Of a stretch of 61,410 nt of DNA, positions 19,381 to 28,933 are shown one piece after another. The translations under genes and the position numbers were made by a program. How positions within the stretch are numbered: the first letter of the stretch is position 1; each line of letters starts with the position of its first letter. Under the pieces are notes generated by a model. That model made no database searches. It worked only from the letters and a program-made list of their open reading frames with translations, and was not told the DNA's origin. Where the stretch lies: the NCBI GenBank assembly GCA_937900965.1, contig CALCGJ010000056.1, positions 1 to 61,410 of the forward strand. Reading direction: 5' to 3'. Source of the stretch: an uncultured Bacteroidota bacterium. GTDB taxonomy: Bacteria > Bacteroidota > Bacteroidia > Bacteroidales > FEN-979.

Positions 19381-20475
19381 CTAAAGATTGTGAGGGATAC
19401 GAACCTCAATGGCGCCAATGCCATACAATGCCATGGGGGCATCGAACCATTCGATGTCCCCTGTTTTTTTCAGATGATCAGAGAGTATGTTTCGCAGGAT
19501 CCCATTGCCTACCCCATGTATGAATACTACATTCAGGAAGTTATTCCCAATTGCATCATCAAGGCAGCGAATAAAATAGCCCTTCTGAAACTCGAGGATC
19601 TCTGTCTTCTGGAGGTTGGACGGATCTTCAATCAATTCATGGATATGGAGATCAACTACTGCCTTCCTTGGCTCAGTTTGATGAGAGAAAATGATTGAGC
19701 GTTTCTCCCTGTGAGTTGAATCAGAAGGAGCTGGCATGGACTCACGGATTTCTTTGATCTTTGGGCGGCTCTCTTCCATGTACCTGGTCAATGCTACCAC
19801 CTTAATGACGATACCCTTCTCATTCAGCAGAGAGGAGTCCCTGTAAGCTCCCTCCTTATGGAATTTTGTTCCATCGATCTGAAAATCGGAATTGAATGGC
19901 GGGATGATCTCATCTAACTGCTCTTTATGAAAGAGAAACTGGATGGATCCTTCTGTCCATTGCGATAATGATTCGCGGCTGACAGTCGCCAGAACTTGTC
20001 GTGTGCCAGCAAAAAGAGAACCATAATCCACCCCAATATGATTTCGCGGTGCAGGCCGATGAAACAGGTTGTAGATAATATCAAATGAGGTGTTGTTAAT
20101 AAGGGAAATATCCACCAGTCCGGTAATTAGCCACTTCTGATCATGTGGAACAAAGGCTAAAAAAATATCTTCTGATTTCCGGTTCCTGATTACACCCGGA
20201 TCCAGGAAATCCGATTCATCCTCATTCTCTCCATTCCCGTTGTCTTCTTCAGGATTCTCCTCCCGGGATGCCATAGCAGGTACCCGAAACTCCTCTTTAA
20301 AAAACCGACCACCGGCATCAGAAGGATCAATCTTTATCAGTTCGCTGATCATTGTCGGTATTTCAAATCCATCTTCATCGGCTACCAACACCATTCGGCT
20401 ACTCAGTATCTTCGAAACTACACCACCTCCAACGGCATCGAGGAACTTCACCTGATCTCCTACTTGTAATTTCAT
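19381..20475 (-). CDS. DUF2027 / Smr domain protein
   Basis: GDQVKFLDAVGGGVV..DEDGFEIP N-terminus; C-terminal Smr domain VDLHIHEL...VFIHGVGNGILR; TATCTTTG box at 20495-20502. Confidence 0.85.
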   Translation of the reverse strand: MKLQVGDQVKFLDAVGGGVVSKILSSRMVLVADEDGFEIPTMISELIKIDPSDAGGRFFKEEFRVPAMASREENPEEDNGNGENEDESDFLDPGVIRNRKSEDIFLAFVPHDQKWLITGLVDISLINNTSFDIIYNLFHRPAPRNHIGVDYGSLFAGTRQVLATVSRESLSQWTEGSIQFLFHKEQLDEIIPPFNSDFQIDGTKFHKEGAYRDSSLLNEKGIVIKVVALTRYMEESRPKIKEIRESMPAPSDSTHREKRSIIFSHQTEPRKAVVDLHIHELIEDPSNLQKTEILEFQKGYFIRCLDDAIGNNFLNVVFIHGVGNGILRNILSDHLKKTGDIEWFDAPMALYGIGAIEVRIPHNL

Positions 20476-20517
20476 GATTTTATCAATTTGGCAGCAAAGA
20501 TACAACAATGAAGTGAT

Positions 20518-20573
20518 GTGGTGCAGTGGTGCAGTGGTGCAGTGGTGCGGTGGTGCAGAGGTGCAATAGTGCC
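20518..20573 (+). repeat. Octamer array (GTGGTGCA), about 7 copies, between divergent promoters
   Basis: Read directly; the reverse-complement family (GCACCAYG) occurs inside lysA. Confidence 0.9.
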
Positions 20574-20664
20574 GGCGGAATGGGGATAACCTAACACAAT
20601 TTTATAAAGGAATTCATATAATTAAATTTAATTATGTATTATTGCATCCAATATTAACCAAAAA

Positions 20665-21900
20665 ATGAACACTATGCGGAGATTTACAGCTTTGTTGCTG
20701 GGCATTTGCCTGGCGACAACCACAGCCATCGGCGGTGGATATCAGGTGAGCTTGCATAGCATGCGTAACATTGGGATGGGCCTTATCGGGACATCCCTAA
20801 CCTACGATGCCAGCAGCTACTTTTACAATCCGGGCGCTGCAGCTTTTGTCAAGGACAAGTTCAGCTTTTCGGGTGGAGTCAGCCTCCTGATGGCGCGTAC
20901 AACGTTTCAGCCAAAAGATGTAATGGGGCAGTACCATATTGAGAGTATTATCAACACTCCTTTATATTTCTATTTTGGATTTAAGCCCTTTGAGGACCTC
21001 AGTATCGGACTTGCCGTGAATACACCATACGGAAACAAACTCTCATGGGGTGATGAATGGCAAGGTCGTTACCTGATCCAGGATCTGGCATTTAAAGCCA
21101 TTACAATTCAGCCTTCATTCTCCTACAAAATCAAAGATGTATTCAGTTTCGGGATGGGTCTTGTGATTGCCATGGGCAATGTGGAACTGAACAAAGCAAT
21201 CCCCATTGAAGGACAGAATGGTGTGGATGCAAAAACCAACATCAAAGGGAAAGCCACCAATGTTGGATTCAACGGCGGGATCCTGATCCGGCCGGTCAAA
21301 GGTCTGAACATTGGGGTGGATTTCCGTTCCAAGATAAACATGAAAGTTGAAGATGCTGATGCAACATTCACTGTTCCTGCATCAATGAGTGGCAACTTCC
21401 CCGATCAGAAAGTTTCAACATCACTGCCATTACCTGCCAATCTCGATTTTGGCCTCTCTTACGAGTTCAATGAGAAGTTTTTGATTGGTATAAACCTCTG
21501 CTACGTCTTTTGGGGAGCCTATGACACCTTGACCTTTGATTTCAAAACAAAAACTGCCGCTCTCGACGTAACCCATGCTCCTGCCATGTATGAGAACAAG
21601 TTGATCCCGCGGATTGGTGCACAGTACAAAATCAGCGACATCGTGACTGTACGGTTGGGTGGTTATTACGATCCCTCCCCAGTTCCCGATGGATTCCTCA
21701 ATCCACAGACCCCCAGCATGAACCAGATTGGGTTAACAGCTGGTTTATCCGTTTACCCATTCAAAGGATTCAGTATCGACGCTGCATTTTTATATGTGAT
21801 GGGAATGGAAAGGGAAGGCACCTATTCGCCGGAGAACTTCTCAGGGACATACAAGTCGCAGATTTATATTCCCGGCATTGGTTTATCCTATAGTTTCTAA
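20665..21900 (+). CDS. OmpP1/FadL family outer-membrane long-chain fatty acid transporter
   Basis: Signal peptide; GGYQV...GMG, DASSYFYNPG, NTPYG...W, IQPSFSYK; terminal aromatic residue (SYSF). Confidence 0.85.
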   Translation: MNTMRRFTALLLGICLATTTAIGGGYQVSLHSMRNIGMGLIGTSLTYDASSYFYNPGAAAFVKDKFSFSGGVSLLMARTTFQPKDVMGQYHIESIINTPLYFYFGFKPFEDLSIGLAVNTPYGNKLSWGDEWQGRYLIQDLAFKAITIQPSFSYKIKDVFSFGMGLVIAMGNVELNKAIPIEGQNGVDAKTNIKGKATNVGFNGGILIRPVKGLNIGVDFRSKINMKVEDADATFTVPASMSGNFPDQKVSTSLPLPANLDFGLSYEFNEKFLIGINLCYVFWGAYDTLTFDFKTKTAALDVTHAPAMYENKLIPRIGAQYKISDIVTVRLGGYYDPSPVPDGFLNPQTPSMNQIGLTAGLSVYPFKGFSIDAAFLYVMGMEREGTYSPENFSGTYKSQIYIPGIGLSYSF

Positions 21901-21920
21901 TCATTTAAAATTTGAACGAT

Positions 21921-23240
21921 ATGAAAAAATTGTTATATATCTTATTTTCCTTCGTCATTCTTGCCGGTTGCGAACCCAAGATCGACGAGTTGTCACCCAA
22001 CAGGGGCAGCGCGGACTTCTCCCGCTACGTATCGGTAGGGAACTCATTGGTTGCCGGATATGCCGACGGAGCGCTGTATTATTCAGCTCAAAAGAACTCT
22101 TTCCCAGCCTTACTGGCAGGACAATTTCAAATGGCTGGCGGTGGTGCTTTCGTACAACCCGTCGTGAACAGTGAATTTGGTGTTGAATTTCCCGGATCTA
22201 TGCCGCGACTCAAACTGGGTTACAGCACTAGTTGCACAGGAGTAACATCACTTGGTCCTGTCCCGGATTTCGGCCCCAGAGATCAACCTACACCGGTTGG
22301 CTATCAGGTGAATAACCTTGGTATTCCCGGAGCAAAATCATTCCATCTGCTTGTTAAAGGTTATGCACTCCTAAATCCATATTATGGACGTTTTGCCACA
22401 GATCCCAACAACATGGTGATCCAGGAGATTCCACCACTCAATCCTACCTTCTTTTCCCTCTGGTTGGGTAATAACGACGTTCTCGGGTATGCTACCTCGG
22501 GAGGTGTTGGTGATACTATTACCGGCCTGAAGACTTTTGGGGATGCAATGGGTGCCGTGGTAGGAAGTTGCGTTGGAACCGGGACAAAAGGAGTGATCGC
22601 CAACATCCCCGAGATCACCTCTATTCCATTCTTCAACACAATCCCATACAATGGTTTAAACTTACAAACTCAGGAAATTGTGGATCAGGTCAATTTTGCG
22701 ATGGGTCTATTCGGTCTGCCGTTCACATATCACCTCGGTCAGAATCCTTTTCTTGTCGCGGATCCAACATCACCACATCCACTCTTCAAAGTGCGCCAGA
22801 TGCAACCCGGAGAACTGGTTCTGCTAACCGTTCCCCGGGATTCCATGCAGTGTTACGGGATGGGGATTATCAGCTCCCTCACTTTAACACCCTGGCCTAT
22901 TCCAAATCAGTTTGTGTTAACACAGGATGAGATTACCAATATCGAAACCGCAATTGCAGGCTATAACACGGTAATTGCCGGACTGGCTCAGACCCATGGG
23001 CTGGCACTTGTTGATATGAATACCAAACTGAAGAATCTAAAGAGTGGTATTCTCTGGGACGGTATCAGGATGAATACCTCGTTTGTCACCGGAGGCGCAT
23101 TCTCGCTGGATGGAGTTCATCTGACCCAGAGGGGATATGCTGTTGTAGCTAATTATTTCATAGAATCTATCAACGCCGAATTCGGAAGCACCATCCCTAT
23201 GGTGGATATCACAAAATATCCGGGGGTATTGTTCCCGTAA
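21921..23240 (+). CDS. SGNH/GDSL lipase-like lipoprotein
   Basis: Lipobox ILAGC; VSVGNSLVAG, NNLGIPGA, WLGNNDVL, FSLDGVH. Confidence 0.85.
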   Translation: MKKLLYILFSFVILAGCEPKIDELSPNRGSADFSRYVSVGNSLVAGYADGALYYSAQKNSFPALLAGQFQMAGGGAFVQPVVNSEFGVEFPGSMPRLKLGYSTSCTGVTSLGPVPDFGPRDQPTPVGYQVNNLGIPGAKSFHLLVKGYALLNPYYGRFATDPNNMVIQEIPPLNPTFFSLWLGNNDVLGYATSGGVGDTITGLKTFGDAMGAVVGSCVGTGTKGVIANIPEITSIPFFNTIPYNGLNLQTQEIVDQVNFAMGLFGLPFTYHLGQNPFLVADPTSPHPLFKVRQMQPGELVLLTVPRDSMQCYGMGIISSLTLTPWPIPNQFVLTQDEITNIETAIAGYNTVIAGLAQTHGLALVDMNTKLKNLKSGILWDGIRMNTSFVTGGAFSLDGVHLTQRGYAVVANYFIESINAEFGSTIPMVDITKYPGVLFP

Positions 23241-23268
23241 AACACATACAAATAACAATCATCCGATC

Positions 23269-23296
23269 GTAGAGACGAGGCATGCCTCGTCTCTAC
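23269..23296. repeat. GTAG-type REP palindrome GTAGAGACGAGGCATGCCTCGTCTCTAC
   Basis: Perfect 28-bp palindrome; its TAG is the rdgB stop codon. Confidence 0.9.
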
Positions 23297-23877
23297 ACGG
23301 AAACCAGAAACCGAAACATCTTCGAAACTGCAATACCCCGGTGGCTGATGCCATTTTTCAGGTGAGCCGGCATCTCGGCGAAGGTCATAGTATAACCGGT
23401 TGGAAGGAATACCGGGTCATACCCGAAGCCGCCATCCCCACTCCTCCCCCTGGTGATCTCCCCCGGAATCCGTCCTTCAAAAAGATGAGCTTCCCCATCC
23501 AGGATCAGACAAACGACACAACGGAAACAGGCTTTCCGGTTTTCGACGCCATCCATCTCTTCCAGAATCTTTTGTACATTATCATCATACGAACATCCCT
23601 CCCCGGCATAGCGGGCTGAATAAACACCGGGTCTCCCATCCAGGGCATCAATCTCAAGGCCGGTATCATCGGCAAAACAATCGATCCCCGTCTTATCGTA
23701 GATAAACAATGCTTTCTGGCGGGCGTTCCCCTCCAACGTATCCTGCGTCTCAGGAATATCTGTATCCAGGTCAACATCCTGAAGACTTATCACCTGATAA
23801 TCCGTTCCCGCAATTTCCCGGGCCTCAATGAGCTTATGGGCGTTATTTGTGGCAAAGAGTAATTTTCGTTTTTCCAT
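23293..23877 (-). CDS. rdgB: Non-canonical purine NTP pyrophosphatase (RdgB/HAM1)
   Basis: FATNNAHK, FADDTGLEIDAL.G.PGVYSARY, GFGYDPVF, KNGISHRG. Confidence 0.95.
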   Translation of the reverse strand: MEKRKLLFATNNAHKLIEAREIAGTDYQVISLQDVDLDTDIPETQDTLEGNARQKALFIYDKTGIDCFADDTGLEIDALDGRPGVYSARYAGEGCSYDDNVQKILEEMDGVENRKACFRCVVCLILDGEAHLFEGRIPGEITRGRSGDGGFGYDPVFLPTGYTMTFAEMPAHLKNGISHRGIAVSKMFRFLVSV

Positions 23878-23878
23878 G

Positions 23879-24937
23879 TTATTGGTCTGACCCCCATCCC
23901 CCTAACGGGGGGAGTAAGTCCCCTTGCGATCCCGAGTACTCGGGAGAAGCAGACGTGGATTTAGGGGTGATTAAAGCTTCTTCAATCAGTTTCGTCACAA
24001 GTTCGGTGTAACTCCAACCATGTTCCCGGATCATCTTCGGGACAATGCTTGCTTCGGTAAGACCCGGGACAGTATTGACCTCGAGGAAAAAGAACTTCTC
24101 CCCGGAGTAAATGTAATCGAAACGTACTAACCCTTTGCAATTGAGCAGATCGTAAAGGTTGGCAGAGATCTGCCGACACTCATTACTAACATCTGGTGAC
24201 ACCGGAGCGGGAACAATCTCATCGGCCATCCCTTTTGTATATTTAGCTTCATAGTCGAAGAATTCTTTCTTTGATACGATTTCGCATACCGGCAACGTCA
24301 CTGTTTCTCCATTCGTTCTTAGTACACCGCAGGTCAACTCCCGTCCCTGGATAAACTCCTCTGCCAGCACCTCTTCGTCTTCCCGGAAAGCCAGTTCAAT
24401 GGCAGCCGGAAGTTGTCCGGCCGAGGTCACTTTTGTCATTCCTACACTGGATCCTCCATTGTTTGGTTTGATGAAACACGGGAGAGAAATAGTATCGCTA
24501 AGGGCAGAAACAGTTTCCCGCCGGCGTTTGTTGAGAAGGACCGATTGTGGTGTACGTATGCCATGGTGGGCTACGACACTTTTGCAGAAAGCTTTATTGA
24601 ATGTGAGGGCCGAAGTAATTACATCACTGGAAGTGTAAGGGATGGCAAGCATGTCAAGATATCCCTGTAACTTCCCGTTTTCACCGGGAGTTCCGTGAAT
24701 GGCATTGAACACAACGTCAAACCGGATATGTGTTCCGGGCAAATGCAACGAGAAATCGTTCTTATCTACAGGGTATTCACTCCCATCTTTGGAATATAAC
24801 CAGGAGTCGCCCCTGATATCAATTAAAAACGGTTGAAAAAGTTTTCTGTCGATCTGCTGTTCAACCTGCTCCCCACTCAACATGGAGATGGCATACTCTC
24901 CGGAATCACCTCCGGCAACGATGGCTATATTGATCAT
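23879..24937 (-). CDS. ddl: D-alanine--D-alanine ligase with a repeat-derived C-terminal tail
   Basis: GGDSGEY, IHGTPGENG.LQG, KPNNGGSSVG, FFDYEAKY, LEVNTVPG; TAATTTTG box at 24960-24967. Confidence 0.97.
   Translation of the reverse strand: MINIAIVAGGDSGEYAISMLSGEQVEQQIDRKLFQPFLIDIRGDSWLYSKDGSEYPVDKNDFSLHLPGTHIRFDVVFNAIHGTPGENGKLQGYLDMLAIPYTSSDVITSALTFNKAFCKSVVAHHGIRTPQSVLLNKRRRETVSALSDTISLPCFIKPNNGGSSVGMTKVTSAGQLPAAIELAFREDEEVLAEEFIQGRELTCGVLRTNGETVTLPVCEIVSKKEFFDYEAKYTKGMADEIVPAPVSPDVSNECRQISANLYDLLNCKGLVRFDYIYSGEKFFFLEVNTVPGLTEASIVPKMIREHGWSYTELVTKLIEEALITPKSTSASPEYSGSQGDLLPPLGGWGSDQ
23890..23969. repeat. CCCCTAAATCC double-hairpin element, copy 2, with nested TGCGATCCCGAGTACTCGGGAGAAGCAG
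   Basis: Same frame sequence as 7023-7085, with an insert in the second hairpin loop; translated as the ddl tail. Confidence 0.8.
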
Positions 24938-25073
24938 AGGTAGAGAGTCACTTTACCTACAAAATTAACATAAAAAAAGCTCCCCTGAAGCAATTGCAAT
25001 TTTTCGTATGTTTGCGGTTAGGTTGTGAATACAATAAATTCTACCTTTTCAGGTTATTTTAGGAAAGAACGGA

Positions 25074-25703
25074 ATGGATTTTATCAGGTTCCTTTTTAGC
25101 TGGAAATTTGTTAAACAAGTACTGCTTGCCATCGTATTTTCTGCTGCGATTGTTTGGGGAACGCTGATATTCCTTTCAAGCTATACCGATCACAATCAAT
25201 ATATCCCGGTGCCTGATATCAGAGGTAAACAAATTGGAGAGGTGATACAGGGTACGTTTTACACAGATTTCCGATTCATTGTTCTGGACTCTGTATTTGA
25301 CGCTGAATTGGCTCCGGGAACCATCATATATCAGGATCCATGGGCTGATACCCGGGTCAAGCAAAACCGTCAGATCTATGTAACAATCTCTTCTTCCACT
25401 CCGGATAAGGTCTCCATGCCAGACCTGAAATTTCTGACTCTCCGGCAGGCGGAATCAATGCTGGGGAGTTTCGGCCTGAGGGTAGGGAACCTTTTCTACA
25501 CACCTGCTTTTGATGCCGAAGCGGTGCAACAACAGTTGTTTAACGGTCAGCCAATCGAACCCGGGGAACGGATCTTCAGAGGAAGCGTGATCGACCTGGT
25601 TGTTGGGACCGGTGGAGGAAGTTATCAGATCCTCATTGACCCGCCATCTTTGGATACGGCATCTGTGGAGGGGTATGATGTTGGGGATTATATTGATATA
25701 TAA
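25074..25703 (+). CDS. PASTA domain membrane protein
   Basis: N-terminal TM; VPDIRG, PGTIIYQDP...VKQNRQIYVTI, MPDL; divergent from ddl; TATGTTTG box at 25007-25014. Confidence 0.9.
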   Translation: MDFIRFLFSWKFVKQVLLAIVFSAAIVWGTLIFLSSYTDHNQYIPVPDIRGKQIGEVIQGTFYTDFRFIVLDSVFDAELAPGTIIYQDPWADTRVKQNRQIYVTISSSTPDKVSMPDLKFLTLRQAESMLGSFGLRVGNLFYTPAFDAEAVQQQLFNGQPIEPGERIFRGSVIDLVVGTGGGSYQILIDPPSLDTASVEGYDVGDYIDI

Positions 25704-25731
25704 ACAGATGGTGAAATGGTGGATTAACAAT

Positions 25732-25790
25732 GAAATCGTAATTCGTAGTTCAAAAATTAAATCGTAATTCGCAAATCGTAAATCTTACAT
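25732..25790 (+). repeat. Degenerate AAATCGT heptamer array
   Basis: AAATCGT AATTCGT AGTTCAA...AAATCGT AATTCGC AAATCGT AAATCTT. Confidence 0.7.
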
Positions 25791-25795
25791 CTATA

Positions 25796-27757
25796 ATGCG
25801 TTTATATTTCAGTATAGTTTTCCTTTTTTGTCTTGCTTCTTCTTTTGCCCAGGAGATGCTCGTCGGGTTGGAATTCAACCCTGTTGTACAGGATAAGTAT
25901 GAGGAGATGAGCCGGTTCAAAGATATTTCATCCGGTTTGGATACCATACCTATTGTGGTCCCTTTTTTCGATGATTTCAGGGAACCAACAGTTTTTCCCA
26001 GTCCAGAACGCTGGATTGACCATTATGCATTTGTGAATTCCGACATTCCTGTCTTTCCAGTCAATCGCGGTGCAGTCACTCTCGATGCTATCAGCGATTC
26101 AGGGCAAATGTACCCCAATGCAGTCCCGGGACCAACCACTTTCCTGGCTGATCATCTTACTTCCAGATATATTCGTCTCGACAGTATATTCACACCAGTC
26201 TCCAGATCACTCACTCCAGCAGACTCAGTCTATCTTAGTTTCTGGTATCAACCTGAAGGCCGGGGCAAACCACCTCATACTGCTGACTCGCTGAGTCTCC
26301 GGTTCCTGGTCAAACCGGCCTGGGATAGCATCTCTCCAACAGATACTACCCATTTTGAGGAGGTATGGCAAGAGATCTGGAGAACTGAGGGAATGTCGCT
26401 GGACACCTTTTACATCAACAATAACAATCTCTACTTTGTTCAGGTTATGATCCCGATTGTTGACTCTCAATATTTCAAGAATACGTTTCGGTTTCAATTT
26501 TACAACTACGTCAGTTTAGCAAGCTCTTCTGAACCAAGCTGGCAAAGTAATTGTTCTCAATGGAACCTGGATAATATCTACCTTGATATCAACAGGTCAG
26601 AGTCAGACACCCTGAAACCTGAGATCACCTTCATCGAACGGCCTCCTTCTATGCTTAAGAATTATGCTTCAATGCCATTTCCACAGTATACCGATAATCC
26701 TACCAACGAGATGGCCGACACCCTGGATCTCTTTATGAGCAACAGGGATCTTGAAAATCACAATTCAACATATGGCTACTCTATGAAGGATGTGAACGGT
26801 ACCTGGCAAAACAACTACTCAGGAGGAGAATATGTGATGAAGCCCTTTTACAGCTTTGGCTATGTAACCTATGCACCGTTTGCCCACCCTCTTGTGCTGC
26901 AACTCTTCCCAATCAGTACAGCAGACAGCGCCCTATATCTTATCACACACCAGGTGCAATCGATTGACGGATCCATGCTGGGGGATACTATGCACGCATA
27001 TCAGCGATTTTATAATTACTATGCCTATGATGATGGCACCCCGGATGCCGGTTATGGACTAACTCCGGCCGGATCGCTGCTTGCCTACCGGTTTAAACTG
27101 AACAAGACCCCTGACACACTTCGGGCGATTCAATTCTTTTTCAACCAGACTCTGAGCAAAAACAATGTTCAGCTCTTCTATTTGAGAGTATGGAATGATG
27201 CCAATGGAAAACCTGATCAGGTCCTATACGATACCCTGGTTTTTCCAAGGTTTGCCGACAGTCTCAACAAGTTTGTCACGTACCATCTCGATCCGCCGGT
27301 ACGGGTTTCCAATACCTTTTATGTAGGTTGGGAGCAAACCACAGATGACAACCTCAATCTGGGATATGACCGCTACAACAACAGTCGCGATCAGATTCTT
27401 TTTAACGTGTCAGGTGAATGGATCACCAGCGCCTTCAGCGGCTCTCTAATGATACGGCCAATTTTAGGAAAACCCATTCCACTTGGTGTGGCAGAGAATC
27501 ATAAAGAACCTGTGAAGCTAAAGGTATATCCTAATCCGGCTTCAGGGGAGTTTGTTCAAATCGATTTACCGTCAGAACTGGATAGAACAGATATTTATAC
27601 TGTTCGCCTTATCAACTTGTTTAGCCAGGAGGTTATACGTGAACCTTTCTCAGGAAGAGTCAATGTCTCCGGGTGTTCTCCGGGGATCTACATCATTACC
27701 CTGTCAGGCTCCTCCGGCCAGGTAGTTGCAACCGCAAAAGTGGTCGTCAGGAGGTAA
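25796..27757 (+). CDS. Uncharacterised T9SS type A sorting domain protein
   Basis: Signal peptide; PFFDDF, YLSFWYQP.G.G, NYYAYDDGT, GSLMIRP; CTD VYPNPA...PGIYII...KVVVRR. Confidence 0.8.
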   Translation: MRLYFSIVFLFCLASSFAQEMLVGLEFNPVVQDKYEEMSRFKDISSGLDTIPIVVPFFDDFREPTVFPSPERWIDHYAFVNSDIPVFPVNRGAVTLDAISDSGQMYPNAVPGPTTFLADHLTSRYIRLDSIFTPVSRSLTPADSVYLSFWYQPEGRGKPPHTADSLSLRFLVKPAWDSISPTDTTHFEEVWQEIWRTEGMSLDTFYINNNNLYFVQVMIPIVDSQYFKNTFRFQFYNYVSLASSSEPSWQSNCSQWNLDNIYLDINRSESDTLKPEITFIERPPSMLKNYASMPFPQYTDNPTNEMADTLDLFMSNRDLENHNSTYGYSMKDVNGTWQNNYSGGEYVMKPFYSFGYVTYAPFAHPLVLQLFPISTADSALYLITHQVQSIDGSMLGDTMHAYQRFYNYYAYDDGTPDAGYGLTPAGSLLAYRFKLNKTPDTLRAIQFFFNQTLSKNNVQLFYLRVWNDANGKPDQVLYDTLVFPRFADSLNKFVTYHLDPPVRVSNTFYVGWEQTTDDNLNLGYDRYNNSRDQILFNVSGEWITSAFSGSLMIRPILGKPIPLGVAENHKEPVKLKVYPNPASGEFVQIDLPSELDRTDIYTVRLINLFSQEVIREPFSGRVNVSGCSPGIYIITLSGSSGQVVATAKVVVRR

Positions 27758-27783
27758 AACTCTCAAAACAGCCAGCTACTGTC

Positions 27784-28839
27784 ATGAATGACCTCAATGA
27801 ACATACGGAAGAATCGGGCGAGTTATATGAGCATTACCGATTTGTGGTAGATGGTGGCCAGAATCCTCTGCGAATCGATAAATATCTGTTCACCAAACTT
27901 GCTGATGCCTCCCGAAACCGAATTCAAAACGCTGCGAAAGCCGGGAATATCCTCGTGAACGACAAGGTGGTAAAGCCAAATCACAAAATCAAACCTCACG
28001 ATATTATCACGATCGTCCTTGCTTATCCTCCAAGGGATACAGAGATCTATCCTGAAGAAATCCCGGTAAACATTGTATATGAAGACAACGACATTCTTGT
28101 TGTCAACAAAGCGGCAGGAATGGTGGTACATCCCGGTCATGGTAATTTCACGGGCACCCTTCTGAACGCATTGGTTTATTATTTTCAGAACTCCCCCGGG
28201 AATAAGGCCATTGAAGCCAAACCGTATCTGGCTCACCGGATAGATAAGGATACAACTGGAATCCTGCTGATTGCAAAAAATGAGATAGCTCAATCAAAAC
28301 TAGCGAAACAGTTCTTCGATCACAGTGTTAACAGGACATACTTAGCCTTGGTATGGGGCGACTTCGGGGATGATGAAGGCACTGTTACAGGGAATATAGG
28401 CCGAAGCCCACGCGACCGTACGGTAATGACTGTTTACGACGATGAAGAGGTAGGCCGGCATGCCGTTACACACTACAGGGTAGTTGAACGGTTTGGGTAT
28501 GTAACCCTGGTGGAATGCCGGCTGGAGACCGGGCGAACTCACCAGATCCGTACCCATTTCAAACATATTGGTCACCCGATTTTCAACGATGCTAAATATG
28601 GTGGAGACAAGATCCTGAAAGGGACAACGTTTACGAAATACAAACAATATATCGAAAATTGCTTCGGCTTGATGCCAAGGCAAGCCCTGCATGCCAAATC
28701 TCTGGGGTTTATCCATCCTTCAACACGGAAACCTTTGTTCTTTGATTCCGGGTTGCCGGAGGATTTTCAGGCGGTAGTGGAGAAGTGGAGGAAATATTCG
28801 GGTTCACCCCTCCCAAACTCCCCTAAAGGGGAGGAATAA
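27784..28839 (+). CDS. rluD: RluA/RluD family 23S rRNA pseudouridine synthase
   Basis: S4 domain RIDKYL..SRNRIQ; VVNKAAGMVVHP, HRIDKDTTG, LETGRTHQIR, RQALHA. Confidence 0.9.
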   Translation: MNDLNEHTEESGELYEHYRFVVDGGQNPLRIDKYLFTKLADASRNRIQNAAKAGNILVNDKVVKPNHKIKPHDIITIVLAYPPRDTEIYPEEIPVNIVYEDNDILVVNKAAGMVVHPGHGNFTGTLLNALVYYFQNSPGNKAIEAKPYLAHRIDKDTTGILLIAKNEIAQSKLAKQFFDHSVNRTYLALVWGDFGDDEGTVTGNIGRSPRDRTVMTVYDDEEVGRHAVTHYRVVERFGYVTLVECRLETGRTHQIRTHFKHIGHPIFNDAKYGGDKILKGTTFTKYKQYIENCFGLMPRQALHAKSLGFIHPSTRKPLFFDSGLPEDFQAVVEKWRKYSGSPLPNSPKGEE

Positions 28840-28863
28840 GTCCCCTTTAGGGGAGTTAGGGGC
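28803..28863. repeat. CCCCTAA double-hairpin element, copy 3
   Basis: CTCCCCTAAAGGGGAGGAATAAGTCCCCTTTAGGGGAGTTAGGGG; supplies the last residues and the stop of rluD. Confidence 0.8.
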
Positions 28864-28879
28864 GAGTCAGAAGGAAAGG

Positions 28880-28911
28880 AAGAGGGACGAGGGACGAGGG
28901 ACGAAGGATGA
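28880..28911 (+). repeat. GGGACGA heptamer array
   Basis: GAGGGACGAGGGACGAGGGACGAAGGATGAA. Confidence 0.8.
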
Positions 28912-28933
28912 AACAATCCTGGAACATGCAAGA

